Virus record (IMG/VR): IMGVR_UViG_3300028840_005153
Coordinates: 1-64,000 of that record
Length of the DNA stretch: 64,000 bases
Direction: 5' to 3' (one strand)
DNA from: a virus
Both the position numbers and the translations under genes were made by a program. Under the pieces are notes generated by a model that saw nothing but the letters and a program-made list of their open reading frames with translations, was not told the DNA's origin and made no database searches. Shown here piece after piece: positions 1 through 8,523 of the stretch (positions are counted from its first letter, which is position 1; every line of letters starts with the position of its first letter).

Positions 1-27
1 CCACTTCACTGATGAGATAGCCATCAG
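1..27 (+). ncRNA. Hammerhead ribozyme cassette, copy 1 (3' part only, truncated by window edge)
   Basis: CTGATGA at 9-15 followed by GATAGCCATCAG, then AAAAGGAGG and ATG at 54, the same 3' layout as the four complete copies. Confidence 0.7.
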
Positions 28-53
28 AAACATTTTTCAAAAGGAGGAGAATT

Positions 54-260
54 ATGTCACACGCTCAAACTTTTGCGGAACAGCTAATTGAAATTCTCGG
101 TTTTGCTGCGGAAGAGGAGCCGGATTGTTATCAGACTTTCGATCCGGTAGACTTTGGAACCCTTCGTGAAAAGTATTTGACAAATGACGAAGGAGTTTGG
201 GTCAGCTTTGGCAATGGGGATGAATATACTATTGTCGTTAAAAAAGTAAAAGGAGAATAA
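54..260 (+). CDS. hypothetical protein
   Basis: ORF with strong AAGGAGG RBS. Confidence 0.8.
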   Translation: MSHAQTFAEQLIEILGFAAEEEPDCYQTFDPVDFGTLREKYLTNDEGVWVSFGNGDEYTIVVKKVKGE

Positions 261-261
261 A

Positions 262-480
262 ATGCTACCGATAATAAAAAATAGCGTTCCGGAAAAAAAG
301 AAAAGCAAAGTCTTCCGTTCCCTTCGCTTTCGTATTCTTTATAAAATAAAGAATATTGAAAGTAAAGTATTGACGGCGGGATTTGCAGTTTATGGCGATG
401 CCCTCCTTTACGCTTCCGCATTGCGTTCCTTGGAGGTAGCAAAACATTCGTGGGAAGAAATTTACATCGAGTTTAAATAA
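262..480 (+). CDS. hypothetical protein
   Basis: ORF with AAGGAG RBS, abuts previous gene. Confidence 0.7.
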   Translation: MLPIIKNSVPEKKKSKVFRSLRFRILYKIKNIESKVLTAGFAVYGDALLYASALRSLEVAKHSWEEIYIEFK

Positions 481-553
481 TTCGAAACCGGGAAGACTTT
501 ACTTCCCGGTCGTATCAGGGTGGTGCCTGATGCCTGAAGATGATAGCCTTCAG
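481..553 (+). ncRNA. Type II hammerhead ribozyme, copy 2
   Basis: GAAAC 484-488; stem III CGGGAAG/CTTCCCG; GTC 509-511; stem I GTATCAGG/CCTGATGC with loop GTGGTG; CTGAAGA 534-540. Confidence 0.85.
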
Positions 554-584
554 AAACATTTATTTTTTTAAAAGGAGGAGTAAA

Positions 585-1685
585 ATGGCGAAAGAATCGA
601 AAGTTGGATTTGCGAAACCTGCTAATGGGAAAGTGGTCCACATTGTTGTCGACGGCCTTCAGGCTTGCGATAAGAAAACCACTTTGACTGCTGATCCTGA
701 ATTGCAAATTACTTCGGTAACTTGTAAGAAATGTCAGCGCTTTGCTTTTTATAAGGAAATCCTTGTTAAAGGGCAAAAGCAGGAAGAGAAATCCACAAAG
801 GGCGATTCGAAGAAAAAATCTTCCAAGCCGAAGAAAAAGGTTGTGGATGCGCCTAAAAAAACGCCGGAAGAAATTGCCGATAAAAAAGCGGCAAAGGAAA
901 AAGATGAAGTAAAATCTCCCGGTCCTGTTAAACATACGAAAGTAAATGTTAACAGGAAAGAAAAGCGCAATCATGCAAAACTTGTCGCCGCTACTCAAGA
1001 GTCGCTTCTTGAGGTTCTTCTTCCCTTCCAAAAAGAAAAAATCCATGAAATTTCAATCATGCGCATATTTGAGGAAGCTCAAACTCATTTGCGCCAAATG
1101 CTTATGGATGCTTGTGAAGGGCAGGAAGAAAAAGATTATTTGAAAAGCCATTGGACGCTTGATTGGCGTATATTTACTCAGGCGTTTGAGAAAATTGGCT
1201 TCGCTAAATTGCGCGGCAAAGATCCTGACAAGGGACGCGTGGTTCTTTTCTATAGCGAAAAAGCAGAAAAGTCAAAGACTAAAATTAGGCGTCGCAATAA
1301 TAGCGGTTCAAAGAAAACGGCTCGCGTTATTAAACGCCGCTCCAAACCTAAAGATAAGGCGGAAGAAGAAAAGAAAACGGGTCGCGTTATTAAACGCCGT
1401 TCAAAGAGTAAAGATAAAGAAAAGACGGTCACCAAAAAGCTCAAAGATAAAAATGCTTACGGTCATCGCGAAGGCTCAATGGCGGCGAAAATTGATGAAA
1501 TGCTTTCGGAAGGTTTTATCCTTAAGGATGCCGTCGGAATTATTTCTAAAGAATTTAATCGATCAGATATAAAAGCGCGAAGAAAAATTTTGGCAGCTAT
1601 TAAATACCTTTCGCGTGAGTTGGGTATTAAAATCGAAGTAATAATGCAGGGAAGTCAAGAAGATGATTTTTATAAAATAGTTTAA
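585..1685 (+). CDS. Lys/Arg-rich hypothetical protein (N-terminal H/C motif, possible C-terminal HTH)
   Basis: AAAGGAGG RBS places start at 585; internal 60-bp duplication encoding RVIKRRSK twice. Confidence 0.75.
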   Translation: MAKESKVGFAKPANGKVVHIVVDGLQACDKKTTLTADPELQITSVTCKKCQRFAFYKEILVKGQKQEEKSTKGDSKKKSSKPKKKVVDAPKKTPEEIADKKAAKEKDEVKSPGPVKHTKVNVNRKEKRNHAKLVAATQESLLEVLLPFQKEKIHEISIMRIFEEAQTHLRQMLMDACEGQEEKDYLKSHWTLDWRIFTQAFEKIGFAKLRGKDPDKGRVVLFYSEKAEKSKTKIRRRNNSGSKKTARVIKRRSKPKDKAEEEKKTGRVIKRRSKSKDKEKTVTKKLKDKNAYGHREGSMAAKIDEMLSEGFILKDAVGIISKEFNRSDIKARRKILAAIKYLSRELGIKIEVIMQGSQEDDFYKIV

Positions 1686-1716
1686 TTATACGGGGGAATT
1701 TACTTCCCCCGTATAA
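1686..1716 (+). other. Strong hairpin without U-tract preceding hammerhead
   Basis: TTATACGGGGGAA / TTCCCCCGTATAA 13-bp stem. Confidence 0.75.
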
Positions 1717-1717
1717 A

Positions 1718-1786
1718 CCCGAAACGCGGCTTCGGCCGCGTCGTCGCGAGGTGGTGCTCGTGGCCTGACGATGGGAGCCATCGCAG
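1718..1786 (+). ncRNA. Type II hammerhead ribozyme, copy 3
   Basis: CCC-GAAAC (GAAAC 1721-1725); stem III GCGGC-TTCG-GCCGC; GTC 1740-1742; stem I GTCGCGAG/CTCGTGGC loop GTGGTG; CTGACGA 1765-1771 then T-GGG pairing with the 5' CCC. Confidence 0.88.
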
Positions 1787-1814
1787 AAAAACATCTTTCA
1801 AAAGGAGGAGAATT

Positions 1815-3248
1815 ATGGGCATCGAAGCAAAAAGAATCGTTGATTTTCTTCGGGCAGGCTATGGAGCGTTCTGGATTAAAACGCAGGAGCCTGACAGGGT
1901 TCAGTCGGTATTGATGCCAATGGTCAAAGACTTCCAAAGAAAAGACGGTGGAAAGTACAATCTTTCAAGCTGGGATTGTTCTACTTCGTCTAATCCTTTG
2001 GAACCACTTAATCAATTGAGTGCGGAAGAGGAATTGACAGTTAAATTTCTTTTCAATTTCCATTGGTTCATAGACAAGCCTCAAGTTATCCAGAAGATTC
2101 AAAACGATCTTCCTCTTTGGGCTTCAGAAGGCAAAGCAATCGTGATCGTTGCGCCGGTAGTAAAAGTTCCGGTTGAATTGCAAAATGATTTCACGATTTT
2201 GAATTTTAGCTTGCCTGACGAAAAAGAAATTCTTCACACAATTTCTTATCATATTCCTGAAGGGAAGAGAGGTCCAAGCGAAAACGAAATGGCGCGGCTA
2301 ATTGGTGCGGCCAAAGGGTTAACGCAAAAGGAACTCAATAATGTTTTGAGTCTCTCAATGGTAGTAAAAGGCAAATACGATACCGCGCTAATTAACGAGC
2401 ATAAAGCTACGGTCATTGAGAAGACGGGATTTGTAGAAGTTATCCCACCGAAGATAAACTTCTCAAACGTAGTTGGTTATGAAGTAGTCAAAGATCATGC
2501 TCGTGCTACCATGCACAATCCTAAGGCGAAAGGGTTCATGGTAATTGGCCCTCCAGGTTGTGGTAAAACTACCCTAATGAACGCAATCGTTGGCGAGTCT
2601 GGGAAGATCGGGCTGAAGATCACGCTTGGAAAACTCTTTTCTAAGTTTCAAGGGGAAACGGATGCCAATGTAGATTTCGTAATTAACCTTATTAAATCCA
2701 TTGGTGATTGCGTTGTTTTGATAGATGAGTTTGAAAAGCAATTTGCTGGATCTTCTGGAGATGGAACACTCGATAGCGGAACCACTCGGCGCGCGACTGG
2801 TCGGTGGTTGGAATTTCTTCAAGATCGGCCATCGGGCGTTTTCATTGTAGCTACGGCGAACAGTTTTAATGGTATCCCGCCGGAATATCTTCGGCCAGGA
2901 AGATGGGATACTTCGCCATTTTTTATTGATCTGCCAAATAAGAAAACTCAAGATTCGATCTTCAAATACTATGCTGAAAAATATAGTATTGAAGAAAAGA
3001 AAATCCCTAAAATGGAAGGCTGGTCAGGGGCTGAGATCGAAGCATGTTGCCAAATTGCTGATATGCACGGAATACCGTTTACTTCGGCAATGCGCTTAAT
3101 CAAACCTCAATCGGTAACAATGAAAGAACAAATTGACGCCCTGAGGTCGTGGGCAAAGGACCGCACCATAAATGCGGAAGAAGTCAAAGACATTCCAGTC
3201 AAGGCTGGAGTGGTGGCATTAAACGGTAAACGCAAAATTGATACTTGA
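1815..3248 (+). CDS. AAA+ ATPase, Ycf46-like (degenerate N-terminal AAA domain plus active C-terminal AAA domain)
   Basis: Walker A GPPGCGKT, Walker B VLIDEFEK, ATAN, PPEYLRPGRWD, GWSGAEIE, C-terminal EQIDALRSWA. Confidence 0.88.
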   Translation: MGIEAKRIVDFLRAGYGAFWIKTQEPDRVQSVLMPMVKDFQRKDGGKYNLSSWDCSTSSNPLEPLNQLSAEEELTVKFLFNFHWFIDKPQVIQKIQNDLPLWASEGKAIVIVAPVVKVPVELQNDFTILNFSLPDEKEILHTISYHIPEGKRGPSENEMARLIGAAKGLTQKELNNVLSLSMVVKGKYDTALINEHKATVIEKTGFVEVIPPKINFSNVVGYEVVKDHARATMHNPKAKGFMVIGPPGCGKTTLMNAIVGESGKIGLKITLGKLFSKFQGETDANVDFVINLIKSIGDCVVLIDEFEKQFAGSSGDGTLDSGTTRRATGRWLEFLQDRPSGVFIVATANSFNGIPPEYLRPGRWDTSPFFIDLPNKKTQDSIFKYYAEKYSIEEKKIPKMEGWSGAEIEACCQIADMHGIPFTSAMRLIKPQSVTMKEQIDALRSWAKDRTINAEEVKDIPVKAGVVALNGKRKIDT

Positions 3249-3255
3249 TGAAATC

Positions 3256-3275
3256 GGGGGAGCATTTGCTCCCCC
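3256..3275 (+). other. Hairpin without U-tract preceding hammerhead
   Basis: GGGGGAGCA / TGCTCCCCC. Confidence 0.7.
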
Positions 3276-3282
3276 AAATAAA

Positions 3283-3357
3283 TTCGAAACGGCCGAAGTA
3301 ATTACTTCGGCTGTCGCTGGCGAGTGGTGTCGCCAGCCTGATGATGATAGCCATCAG
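3283..3357 (+). ncRNA. Type II hammerhead ribozyme, copy 4
   Basis: GAAAC 3286-3290; stem III GGCCGAAG/CTTCGGCT; GTC 3313-3315; stem I GCTGGCGA/TCGCCAGC loop GTGGTG; CTGATGA 3338-3344. Confidence 0.88.
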
Positions 3358-3388
3358 AAACATTTATTTTTTTAAAAGGAGGAGTAAA

Positions 3389-3595
3389 ATGGCGAAACAG
3401 GTAAGGATTACTCTCGGCAAGGACGGAAGTGTTAAAGCTGAGGCCCTTGGCTTTAAGGGCGGAGCCTGTGAAGACGCGACAGCTTTCCTTGACAATCTCT
3501 TTGATGGTCCAAAGAAAAGAGATTTGAAAGCAAGCTATCACGAAACCGAAGACATCCAAGTATGCAATGGACTTCCTTCGGGGTGGTGCGGCTAA
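3389..3595 (+). CDS. DUF2997-like small protein
   Basis: I.I..DG.V..E..GFKG.AC...T..L pattern; typical neighbour of Ycf46-like ATPases. Confidence 0.75.
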   Translation: MAKQVRITLGKDGSVKAEALGFKGGACEDATAFLDNLFDGPKKRDLKASYHETEDIQVCNGLPSGWCG

Positions 3596-3644
3596 TTTCG
3601 AAGAGGAAAGTAAACAGTAAAAAAATAAACGAAAGGAAAAAGTC

Positions 3645-4016
3645 ATGTCTCACATTTCTACTTACGCTCAAAAAGTCAAAGACATTTCCAGCTTTAAAGT
3701 TACTCTTCAAAACCTTGGCATTACTTACCGTGAAAATTGCGATGTCCAGCAATTTGGCCGGAATATTGTAGAAAATGCCGCCATCGGATTTCAAATTCCT
3801 GGTTGGAAATATGAAATCGCAGTCAAAGATGATGGCAGCATCCTCTACGACCATTGGGGTAGTGAGCCTAATACAATGGAACGTCTCGGCCTTGTTTTGC
3901 AAAAATACAACGAAGACGTCATTCTTTCCGCAGCTTATGGACAAGAAAATGTCTCCAATGTATGGACAGAAAAAAAGGTCGCAAATGGTGATACGGTAAT
4001 TGTTTTGGAATACTAA
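3645..4016 (+). CDS. DUF1257/Ycf35-like protein
   Basis: N-terminal MSHIST...KD...L..LG and YDHWG motif; context with Ycf46-like ATPase and DUF2997. Confidence 0.75.
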   Translation: MSHISTYAQKVKDISSFKVTLQNLGITYRENCDVQQFGRNIVENAAIGFQIPGWKYEIAVKDDGSILYDHWGSEPNTMERLGLVLQKYNEDVILSAAYGQENVSNVWTEKKVANGDTVIVLEY

Positions 4017-4038
4017 AATCCTTGCAAGGAGTAAAAAG

Positions 4039-4398
4039 ATGGAAAAACAAAAAGTGACTGTAGGAACGCTTTTCAATCTTAATACCTACCATTTCGGTTC
4101 GGGCACAAAAAGTGAATGGAAGATAAAAGAGAAAAAGCCTGGACAACATTACAAGCTGACGCGGGGCGAAGATATTATGGTTTTTAAAACTATGCTCGAC
4201 GCTTATCTTCGTGTTATCGTAGAAGTTAGTTTCAATGGTTTGATTGTCCATCATTGTCCAATTGATGCTTATAACCTGGAAGAAAAACACCGGAACTTTT
4301 TTATTGGCTTGCAAGAAAAATGCTTTGAGTTGAGAGCCAATAAAAACGTGAAGAAAAAAGAACACTTTGAAAAGGTTTTTAACATTGTGAAAATTTAA
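4039..4398 (+). CDS. hypothetical protein
   Basis: AAGGAG RBS, ATG at 4039. Confidence 0.7.
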   Translation: MEKQKVTVGTLFNLNTYHFGSGTKSEWKIKEKKPGQHYKLTRGEDIMVFKTMLDAYLRVIVEVSFNGLIVHHCPIDAYNLEEKHRNFFIGLQEKCFELRANKNVKKKEHFEKVFNIVKI

Positions 4399-4404
4399 CT
4401 GTGA

Positions 4405-4424
4405 GGGGTCCCTACGGGGACCCC
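4405..4424 (+). other. Hairpin without U-tract preceding hammerhead
   Basis: GGGGTCCC-TACG-GGGACCCC. Confidence 0.75.
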
Positions 4425-4425
4425 A

Positions 4426-4502
4426 TTCGAAACGGCGGAAAGACTTTTCTTTCCGCTGTCGTGCTGAGGTGGTGCTCAGTGCCTGAAGATGATAGCCTTC
4501 AG
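4426..4502 (+). ncRNA. Type II hammerhead ribozyme, copy 5
   Basis: GAAAC 4429-4433; stem III GGCGGAAAGA/TCTTTCCGCT; GTC 4458-4460; stem I GTGCTGAG/CTCAGTGC loop GTGGTG; CTGAAGA 4483-4489. Confidence 0.88.
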
Positions 4503-4533
4503 TTAAATAATCTTTTTTAAAAGGAGGAGTAAA

Positions 4534-5445
4534 ATGGCTAAATCCAGAGAAATCCGCAGACGAGTCAAAGAAACCACGACAGTCAATGTTTTCCGTGAGG
4601 GTGTTCTTGTCCATCTCAAAGTGGGTCGCTGGGGAGCAAGGGCGAAGATGAAAGAAGAACATTTGCCGGATGACTTCCCTCGGGAAGTTGCTCGCGCTGT
4701 TCAAGACCTAATCGAAGACAAAACACTTCTTCAAGACATTTCGTCAATTCGAAGAGAATGTAAGCGGTATCTCATCAACCGAAGTCTTCCTTTCCCGGTT
4801 GACGGCCTTTTCTTTGTTCCAAAGAAATTCATCCTTGATATTGATAATTTCTTTGAAAACAAAAAAGAAGAATATAATGAAAAGGTCAATGAATTTTTCT
4901 CTCAATACGGAAGGCTTAAAAGGGATTTCCGTAGAAGGTATCCGGAAATTTATCGGGATGAAAAATATCCGCGTGAAAGTATTCTTCGGAGAAAATTCTA
5001 TTTTCATTGGTCATTCCGGCAATTCGTTGTTCCGGATAAGGAAATGGAAATACTTTCACCTGATGTTTACCGTAAGGAAATGGCGAAGTTCAAGCAAGAC
5101 ATTGAAGAAATGAAAAACATGACAGTCGCGGTTATTGGAAATGCTTTTGTGAAAAAGATCAATACCTTGGCGCGTCAATGCAACAATGAGAAGATCAATG
5201 CTGGAACAATCAAAGGTATCAACCAATTGCTGGAAAAGTTTGATACCCTTTGGGGAGACTTCGTTGGGCAAAAGCAATTGAAGTCAACCATCGAAGAAGT
5301 TCGTCGCCATATGAAAACGGTCAGTGCGGATCGTTTGCGGGAAAACGAAGACTTTCGAGAAAAGATCGGCAGCCAAATGGAAAAGATAGTAGGCAAACTC
5401 GAAAAACTTCCAGATGTTAGATTAAAAAGGAAACTGGATGTTTAG
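4534..5445 (+). CDS. DUF3150-like helical protein
   Basis: W.A..K start, SLPF..DG.FFVP, YP....LR.KF.F.W pattern; strong RBS. Confidence 0.55.
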   Translation: MAKSREIRRRVKETTTVNVFREGVLVHLKVGRWGARAKMKEEHLPDDFPREVARAVQDLIEDKTLLQDISSIRRECKRYLINRSLPFPVDGLFFVPKKFILDIDNFFENKKEEYNEKVNEFFSQYGRLKRDFRRRYPEIYRDEKYPRESILRRKFYFHWSFRQFVVPDKEMEILSPDVYRKEMAKFKQDIEEMKNMTVAVIGNAFVKKINTLARQCNNEKINAGTIKGINQLLEKFDTLWGDFVGQKQLKSTIEEVRRHMKTVSADRLRENEDFREKIGSQMEKIVGKLEKLPDVRLKRKLDV

Positions 5446-5460
5446 TCGGTAGATCACGCA

Positions 5461-5497
5461 AGTGGCGGAGTCCGGTAGAAATACCGGCTCCGCCATT
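5461..5497 (+). terminator. Long GAAA-tetraloop hairpin closing the early region (terminator or 3' stabiliser)
   Basis: AGTGGCGGAG-T-CCGGTA-GAAA-TACCGG-CTCCGCCATT; weak U-tract. Confidence 0.55.
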
Positions 5498-5610
5498 GGT
5501 GATGGTAGTAAAGAGTAATCAATGGAGTGTAGAAGAAAACGCTTTACAATAAAAAGTATTTATGTTAGACGATACAGGTTCCCCCACAACCTACCAAAGA
5601 AAGGAAAGTC

Positions 5611-6054
5611 ATGATCATCTGTCGATATTGCGAGATATTCTACCGAAGTCCAGTAATAAATGAAAAGGGTAATGTTCAAAGACATTGCGAAATTATCGAA
5701 GATAATGTATCGACAAATTCCAAGGCTTGTAGAAAATTTAAACCTTCAAGTGGATATTGGTGCGTCGAATTAAATTTTCGCACCTGTCTCGAAATATGTT
5801 TGAATCGAAGAAGAAATAAAAAAAGTTATGATGCGTGGAATTACTGTTGTAAATGTAGGCAATTTGCGAAAGAGATTCAGCCAATTGTAGATCGCTATAT
5901 GGAACGTAAAATTAAAAGAAAAGATTCTGATAATCCTTTTGGGTGGAAAAGGCGTGAAAGAGTTATTACGCGACGTGACTTGAAAAGTATTGCGCAGGAA
6001 GAAGTTAGAAAAATTCGTAGAAGAAATAAAAAAAGAAAAATAAGGAGGCGTTAA
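5611..6054 (+). CDS. Cys-rich hypothetical protein with basic tail
   Basis: Multiple CxxC-like motifs; ends RKIRRR. Confidence 0.7.
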   Translation: MIICRYCEIFYRSPVINEKGNVQRHCEIIEDNVSTNSKACRKFKPSSGYWCVELNFRTCLEICLNRRRNKKSYDAWNYCCKCRQFAKEIQPIVDRYMERKIKRKDSDNPFGWKRRERVITRRDLKSIAQEEVRKIRRRNKKRKIRRR

Positions 6055-6251
6055 TGAAAAAGCAATGGAGAAATTTTATTACAACTGTTGAAGATTATTT
6101 CGGTCCAAAAGTTGTAATAAAAAAGAAGATCATTATCAATGGTGTAGACATTGATCCTCTTTCAGATGAAGGGAAAAGAATTAATACCGAATTAAATAAA
6201 TTGTTTGAAGAATTAGATGTCAAGATAAAAAAAATATTCAAAGTAATTTAA
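6054..6251 (+). CDS. hypothetical protein
   Basis: Translationally coupled, AAGGAGG RBS. Confidence 0.65.
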   Translation: MKKQWRNFITTVEDYFGPKVVIKKKIIINGVDIDPLSDEGKRINTELNKLFEELDVKIKKIFKVI

Positions 6252-6263
6252 CTGGAGGCACTG

Positions 6264-6731
6264 ATGCAGACTTTTCTTCCGTATGTATCCTTTTGGGATA
6301 CCGCTTGTGTTCTTGATAACAAACGGCTCGGGAAGCAAAGGGTCGAAGGGAAACAAATTTTAAATTGTCTTCGCGGCAAATATTCATCGTGGCGATTTCA
6401 TCCTGCTGTAAAAATGTGGGAAGGGTATGAAAACGCTTTGCGATCCTATACCAACATTATGATTTTGGAATGGCAAAAAAGACAATTTAAAAACACGATG
6501 CCGCTATATCCTATTCGTGGTGAAATAATTTATCCTCCGTGGCTTGGAGAACCACGCTTCCATAAATCACATCGAAGTAATTTGCTGCGAAAAGATCCTG
6601 TATGGTATGGACAATTTGGATGGATTGAGCCAAATGATCTTCCATATTTTTGGCCGTATAACCGCAGGAATAAGAAATGGGTTGAGAATGTTTGTTATCG
6701 TTCACTTGTGAAAGAAATTTTGGAGGCGTGA
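6264..6731 (+). CDS. Pyrimidine-dimer DNA glycosylase/endonuclease V-like (MSMEG_6728 family)
   Basis: MQTFLPY, LD.KRLGKQRVE, HPAVKMW.GYE, PPWLG, HRSNLLRKDP..Y. Confidence 0.85.
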   Translation: MQTFLPYVSFWDTACVLDNKRLGKQRVEGKQILNCLRGKYSSWRFHPAVKMWEGYENALRSYTNIMILEWQKRQFKNTMPLYPIRGEIIYPPWLGEPRFHKSHRSNLLRKDPVWYGQFGWIEPNDLPYFWPYNRRNKKWVENVCYRSLVKEILEA

Positions 6732-7100
6732 ATGAAAAGCACAAACGAATTTGATTATCTATCTGCGATAGGTGTAGCTAATGCCAACAATTATTTCCCT
6801 GTTAGTCCTACTGATGAAACGGATAAGGATAGCCCTGAAGTAGTTTTACAATCGAAGATCACAATCAGTCCAGAAAATGCAGCTATTAAAAATGATGGGT
6901 TTGAAAAATTATCTGAAGAAGCAAAACAAATAATCATGTTGATAGTATGGGGTCCAATTGATTTTTTTGAACAGATTGAGACAAGGCATTTTCGCAAAAT
7001 TACTCTCCGCAAAATACGTTCATATTTTGGAAAGCAATATGGGCGAAGAAAAACTTCTTTAGCCATTAAAGAAATTCAGAAATGGATAAAAGAGATATGA
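6732..7100 (+). CDS. hypothetical protein (possible C-terminal HTH)
   Basis: ORF with GGAGG RBS. Confidence 0.65.
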   Translation: MKSTNEFDYLSAIGVANANNYFPVSPTDETDKDSPEVVLQSKITISPENAAIKNDGFEKLSEEAKQIIMLIVWGPIDFFEQIETRHFRKITLRKIRSYFGKQYGRRKTSLAIKEIQKWIKEI

Positions 7101-8488
7101 TAATTAAAATAGAAGATCCTATATGGAGTAAAGCAGATAAGGAAGCGATTCCCCTCATAGCTCCATGCCTCCAATATAAAGATATCCATTGGAGGAGATT
7201 CAAAAAAAGGAGAGTAGCTAAAACAGTTATCAGATACAGGATAGATCGTAGAAGTGGATTATTCCTTACAGGATTAATCCCAAGGGTAAAACAATATCTT
7301 CGCAGGAAAGGTATTAAAATAAAGGTTATAGGAAGAGCCGAAAAGCTTCAGGTAAGTAGTAATTGGCAAATTAAAGGCATTACCTATAGAACCGACCAGG
7401 AGAGAATTTTAAAGGCGATAGCCCGTAAGCAGAGGGGATTTATAAAATCCCCTACCGGAAGTGGAAAGACAGTAATTGCGATGGGCGTGAGTGCTATGTT
7501 TAAAAATACTCGAAGACTTTTCCTATGTCATACGAAAGATTTAATGCGTCAAACGTATGAAGAGTTTTTGGAAAAAGGTTTTGATAAAGGGCAAATTTTA
7601 ATTCATGGAGGCGGCAGTAAAACAACCTTTGAAAAGGTGAAGCAAATAGCAAAGAAGAAAAATGGAGTTATCCTAATCGCCTTAATTCAAAGTTATGTAA
7701 AATTTAATCCAGAAGATTATATTGATTTTTGGGATGTTGTATTAATAGATGAATGTCACCATTGCGTTGAAATAAAGTCTTCTTATAGTACGGTCATGCA
7801 TTATATGCTGACTCCGGTCAGGCTTGGTTTTACTGCTACTCCTCCGCCTGAAATTGAAAAGAGAATGTTGATGGAAGGTTTACTTGGACAGCAAATTGGT
7901 GAATTGACAGTTAGGGAAGGTATTGACCTTGGAATACTTGCAAAGCCGAAATTAAAATTAATTTCAGTTCCCCACAATTCAAAGATCGCACAAATTCATA
8001 AAACTTATCGTTCATTATATCAAGCGGCAGTTGTAGAATCCAGAAGTCGTAATGGTTTAATAGCAGAGCAAATATCCAATTTTATTTCAAATGGCGATAG
8101 TGTCCTTGTTATGATAAGAGAAATCGATCATGGGAAAGAAATTAAAAAGATTTTGGATATGCTTCATATTAAATGCCGTTTTGTGCATGGTAGTTCAGAA
8201 AGGGAAGAGAGAATAAAAGTCGCAAAAAGACTTGAGAAGAAAAAAATCCTTTGTGTTATCTGTTCTACTATTTGGAAAGAAGGAATCAATATCAAAACAC
8301 TAAATGCTATCATTAATGCTGGAGGTGGCAAAGATGAAAAAGGAGTTATTCAAGTAATGGGGCGAGGTTTAAGGATAGCAGAAGGGAAAGAGAATGTGAC
8401 AGTCATAGATTTTCTTGACCCCTATAAATTCCTTGCTGAGCATACCGTCGCTCGAATAAACACATATGTTAGGGAAAACTTGCTATAA
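7097..8488 (+). CDS. Superfamily 2 DNA helicase (UvsW-like)
   Basis: PTGSGKT, DECH, TATP, EGINI, QVMGRGLR motifs. Confidence 0.92.
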   Translation: MIIKIEDPIWSKADKEAIPLIAPCLQYKDIHWRRFKKRRVAKTVIRYRIDRRSGLFLTGLIPRVKQYLRRKGIKIKVIGRAEKLQVSSNWQIKGITYRTDQERILKAIARKQRGFIKSPTGSGKTVIAMGVSAMFKNTRRLFLCHTKDLMRQTYEEFLEKGFDKGQILIHGGGSKTTFEKVKQIAKKKNGVILIALIQSYVKFNPEDYIDFWDVVLIDECHHCVEIKSSYSTVMHYMLTPVRLGFTATPPPEIEKRMLMEGLLGQQIGELTVREGIDLGILAKPKLKLISVPHNSKIAQIHKTYRSLYQAAVVESRSRNGLIAEQISNFISNGDSVLVMIREIDHGKEIKKILDMLHIKCRFVHGSSEREERIKVAKRLEKKKILCVICSTIWKEGINIKTLNAIINAGGGKDEKGVIQVMGRGLRIAEGKENVTVIDFLDPYKFLAEHTVARINTYVRENLL

Positions 8489-8523
8489 TAGTCAATAACC
8501 ATATACAGCAAAGGAGAAAAAAG

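Noticed and set aside
534-3361. Alternative reading as type I/III hammerheads using the downstream CAGAAAC (e.g. CTGATGA-TGAT-AGCC-ATCA-GAAAC)
   Set aside because: The downstream GAAAC is missing in copies 3 and 5 and has no stem III/GUC partner; the upstream GAAAC-stem III-GTC is conserved in all complete copies
540-3388. ORF-track starts at 540 and 3341 (shared MIA.RNIYFFKRRSK peptides)
   Set aside because: These translate the ribozyme/RBS leader; true starts are 585 and 3389
1-4533. Repeats as CRISPR array or attC integron cassettes
   Set aside because: Units are separated by whole genes, the conserved bases match the hammerhead core, and no cas gene or integron integrase is present
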